NCBI RefSeq assembly: GCF_007748075.1 | Contig: NZ_CP036280.1 | Coordinates: 60,001 to 92,000 of the forward strand | DNA length: 32,000 bases | Direction: 5' to 3' | From: Mucisphaera calidilacus | GTDB taxonomy: Bacteria > Planctomycetota > Phycisphaerae > Phycisphaerales > Phycisphaeraceae | In this document: positions 30,601 to 32,000 of the stretch, piece after piece | Numbering within the stretch: position 1 is the stretch's first letter | Layout: each line of letters starts with the position of its first letter | The notes under the pieces: model-generated | Told to the model about the DNA's origin: nothing | Seen by the model: only the letters and a program-made list of their open reading frames with translations | Database searches by the model: none | Translations under genes and position numbers: made by a program

Positions 30601-32000
30601 CTGGATGAGTTCCTGCCGTGCCTCGGTGTAGCTCGGTCGCGCACTCAGAACGGACTCGAGGCGGGTGGCGGCCTCGCCCCACTGCTTGAGGATGGCGTGG
30701 GTCTTGGCCAGGAGGTAGAGGGCCTCGAGGTTGGATTCGCCGTAGCGCGACGAGGCCTGGTCGAAGTAGATGGCGGCCTGCCGGAAGTCCTGCCGGGCGA
30801 AGGCGAGCTTGCCGGCGAGCATGGTGACCTGGGGGCGGTCGGGGAAGGTGATGTTGAGTTCCTTGACGATCTCCCCGATCTGGTCGAGCACGGGCTGGCG
30901 TCCCTCGGCGTCGCGCTGGTTGGCGATGAGGAAGAGGCTGGTGGCCATCTCGAGGCTGGCGACGAGTTTGACCTGTCGCGAGAGGAGGGTCTCGATGGGC
31001 GGTGCCTTGGCGTCGGCGAGGCTGCGTGCCTTCTCGGCGGCGGCGACGGCCTTCTGGGGCTGATTGGTGCCGCGGTAGAGGGTCGCGAGCTGGAGGTTGA
31101 CCGAGGCGTTGTCGGGCTGGATCTCGAGGACGGCCTCGCCGAGTCGGACGGCGCGGTCGCGGTCGGCCATGATGGCCTCGGCGCGTCCGCCGGCGAGTTC
31201 GGGGTCGCTGACGGTCGGCCCGCCGCGTGCGCCGGCGTTGAGGATGGCCATGGCGGCGAGGACCTGGCGGCGTGAGCCGCCGGAGGCGGCGAGGGAGCCC
31301 TCGATCTGACCGAAGGTTTCCTGGGCCTGGTCGCGGAGTCCGAGCACGGGGTTGAGGGCGAGCTGGACGTAGCGGAGCTGCTGCTCGATGTCCTGGCCGG
31401 CCGCGGTGCTCAGGCGTTCGAGGGCGTCGATCGCCTCGGCGCGGAGCTCGGCGATCTCGGGGTCGTCGGCGGCGAGGCGTGCGATGCGGTCGGCGCGGTT
31501 GATGTCGAGGATGGCGAGGGCTTCGAGGGCCTCGGCGTCGTCGGGGGTCTGTTCGAGGACGGCCTTGAGGTCGGCGCGGGCCTGCTCGCGCTGGTCTTCC
31601 ATGGCGGTGCCGCGTGCGATGCGTGCGGCGGTGGCGACGCCCCGGTACTTGAGGGCGACGCGGTCATCCTGAACGTTGCCGAGGCGGTCGTTGGCGGCGT
31701 CGTACATGACGTCGGCGAAGGCGGAGTCGAGTTCGCGTCGCATCTCGTTGAGGAAGCTGTAGTAAGCCCGCTGAGCCTCGGGGTCGGAGAGCTGGAGCGT
31801 GGCGACCTTGCGGCGGATGCTGCGGAGGGAGTTGAGGCGTTTCTGGGCCTGCTGGACGTCGGCGACGGGGGCCTCGCGCATGTAGTCGTACTGGATGTTG
31901 AGCAGCTCGATGTTGTTGGGGTCGTGGCTGATGGCCTTGCCGATTTCCTCGATGGCGAGCCGGTACTCGCCCTGCTCGTAGTAGGCCTGGGCCTCGGCGA
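27631..32000 (-). CDS. very large TPR-repeat protein (EPS/PEP-CTERM-locus-type); 5' end outside the window
   Basis: The track ORF has 1416 aa of TPR-like repeats. The same frame stays open upstream of the annotated Met to the window edge, translating to AEAQAYYEQGEYRLAIEEIGKAISHDPNNIELLNIQYDY, another TPR unit. The gene is therefore 5'-truncated by the window, and the protein exceeds about 1455 aa. Confidence 0.85.
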   Translation of the reverse strand, partial: AEAQAYYEQGEYRLAIEEIGKAISHDPNNIELLNIQYDYMREAPVADVQQAQKRLNSLRSIRRKVATLQLSDPEAQRAYYSFLNEMRRELDSAFADVMYDAANDRLGNVQDDRVALKYRGVATAARIARGTAMEDQREQARADLKAVLEQTPDDAEALEALAILDINRADRIARLAADDPEIAELRAEAIDALERLSTAAGQDIEQQLRYVQLALNPVLGLRDQAQETFGQIEGSLAASGGSRRQVLAAMAILNAGARGGPTVSDPELAGGRAEAIMADRDRAVRLGEAVLEIQPDNASVNLQLATLYRGTNQPQKAVAAAEKARSLADAKAPPIETLLSRQVKLVASLEMATSLFLIANQRDAEGRQPVLDQIGEIVKELNITFPDRPQVTMLAGKLAFARQDFRQAAIYFDQASSRYGESNLEALYLLAKTHAILKQWGEAATRLESVLSARPSYTEARQELIQVYLAEQNPADARRHIEYLLASDPENTLARTALIQIVLQYGSRAEKEAALEPLLENARANNQPPGMIAVRLLKALDRNDEARDALLEANALTPNNPQILGQLIPLLEDEARQTQLIDAYESSGGDAKVVQVLRALIDESSLSEVVSGLVQTTPFARARAEAQNAMRQRDIENAREAIAEAEALEPDNPAVVELKFDFAMIQQDWDGAMQVAEVARQRNLDKVQGKFFRARVFAAQQRYEEATVELNEGLEIDRVNPEIRTLLAEIYRQQGLYDQAAAELDQALSQRGNNLKALRLLAAIRNEQGRADEALEHLRRAYQLQPKDPGIRNLYLLYETQHGRADLAMEARERIAEEEPADYANKRALASMLSTTDDRKDEAITLAEQIIADDGMKLANVATLANVLFRNEQAEAGEREIQRYIATLGNEVAAQDYQLLARYRLQRQDLPAAVQAYRQGITLEDPASMPMSRELAALLFSRGESDLSTALYEKLHRAFPDEAPVTLRLVESYLRAERNEDARAFLENQDNQTDTIILLKSELALKEGDRELALDYVNQALDINPDSIPGLVRRANLTGFDQPDAALVDLDRALTLDPTQIQARLLLSDIRKRSGDYNGSIRELQNVLNRDARQVQAREKLYAMYMLTGDYALARATVNDGIETFPNDTRWLRYAARVAVRENRLPEAVQALNQAVQIDPSAANIRALLALQVDNNRADLALRLIDQNPNVTANDPTIQGIRGAALAQTGQREAAQRVFAKAMERARSYGEMNAIADRVQKSFDVPTAITLLVDNTQAREPLWSQLAAARLETNDGRYDDAVSRLRALEGQVETADQGLRFQLLTLLGRALQLSEAFEDARVAYEKVLEIAPSDILTLNNLAYLLGNDLGETSAAVEFAQRAVNLAPQNANTLDTLGWVQYQNGQLEEARRTLERSISFSRLPVNQYHLAIVLTDLGSTAAAMDLLEDAIRDAQTEGDDETLEKAQQRLKTLQQG

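Noticed and set aside
28204-31275. A 1023-aa plus-strand ORF antisense to the TPR gene. Similar long antisense or off-frame ORFs include 25903-27807, 22800-24476, 9125-10099, 6118-7077, 3229-4251 and 18889-20064.
   Set aside because: They have low-complexity Gly/Val/Glu/Asp/Ala-rich translations with no motifs. Each lies opposite a gene with clear family signatures and codon periodicity, which is a typical high-GC shadow-ORF artefact.
1-32000. A scan for CRISPR arrays, tRNA/rRNA/tmRNA genes, IS elements, integrases, toxin-antitoxin pairs, restriction-modification genes or known defence genes, and for parS-like (TGTTTCACGTGAAACA) sites.
   Set aside because: I could not see any regularly spaced direct repeats, tRNA-like T-loop (GGTTCGAATCC-type) sequences in the intergenic gaps, or transposase, integrase or nuclease-like ORFs. 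The only TGTTTCA match (near 469-475) is part of the lpxK/hldA junction and lacks the palindromic partner. This was an eye scan only, not a covariance-model search.

Overview
This is a densely coding, high-GC bacterial chromosomal segment with about 27 protein genes. I see no rRNA, tRNA, CRISPR array, transposase, integrase or phage genes. All calls come from reading the sequence and ORF track and from hand translation; no searches were run.

Layout:
- 1-2211 (minus strand): hldA fragment, lpxK and maf, chained by ATGA overlaps.
- 2359-7218 (plus strand): a ParA/MinD-type ATPase fused to a C-terminal CBM48/AMPK-beta-like carbohydrate-binding domain; a tightly linked 505-aa acidic protein whose N-terminal half looks like a ParA/MinD fold with a dead P-loop; an FkbM methyltransferase; and a URO-D-family protein.
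- 7337-32000 (almost all minus strand): an orphan rplU; a four-gene lipoprotein operon (two LpoB-like paralogs, a 550-aa TPR-like lipoprotein, a YcfL-like lipoprotein); an MFS transporter; a plus-strand MazG-like gene; a PEP-CTERM secreted protein; glyQS; a SAM methyltransferase; a signal-peptide-bearing tandem SIS-like protein; efp; truD; ilvE; tsf; rpsB.
- The window ends with an exopolysaccharide block: a WecA-like GT4, an SDR epimerase, a Wzc-like protein with a lysine-less Walker A, and a TPR protein of more than 1450 aa that runs off the window.

Taxon guess (inference only): a Planctomycetota/Verrucomicrobiota-like Gram-negative.

The best candidate for an undescribed system is the ParA-CBM48 ATPase plus its pseudo-ATPase partner (2359-5187). 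The second candidate is the LpoB-like/YcfL-like lipoprotein operon (7883-11271).

At large scale, the window has a very strong strand compositional asymmetry that is independent of gene orientation. Minority-orientation genes use the complementary codon dialect. The asymmetry flips sign near 9.07 kb, inside a CDS and close to an AT-rich island of repeated TGTTAAA motifs. This could be a replication-related landmark, but its polarity conflicts with gene orientation.
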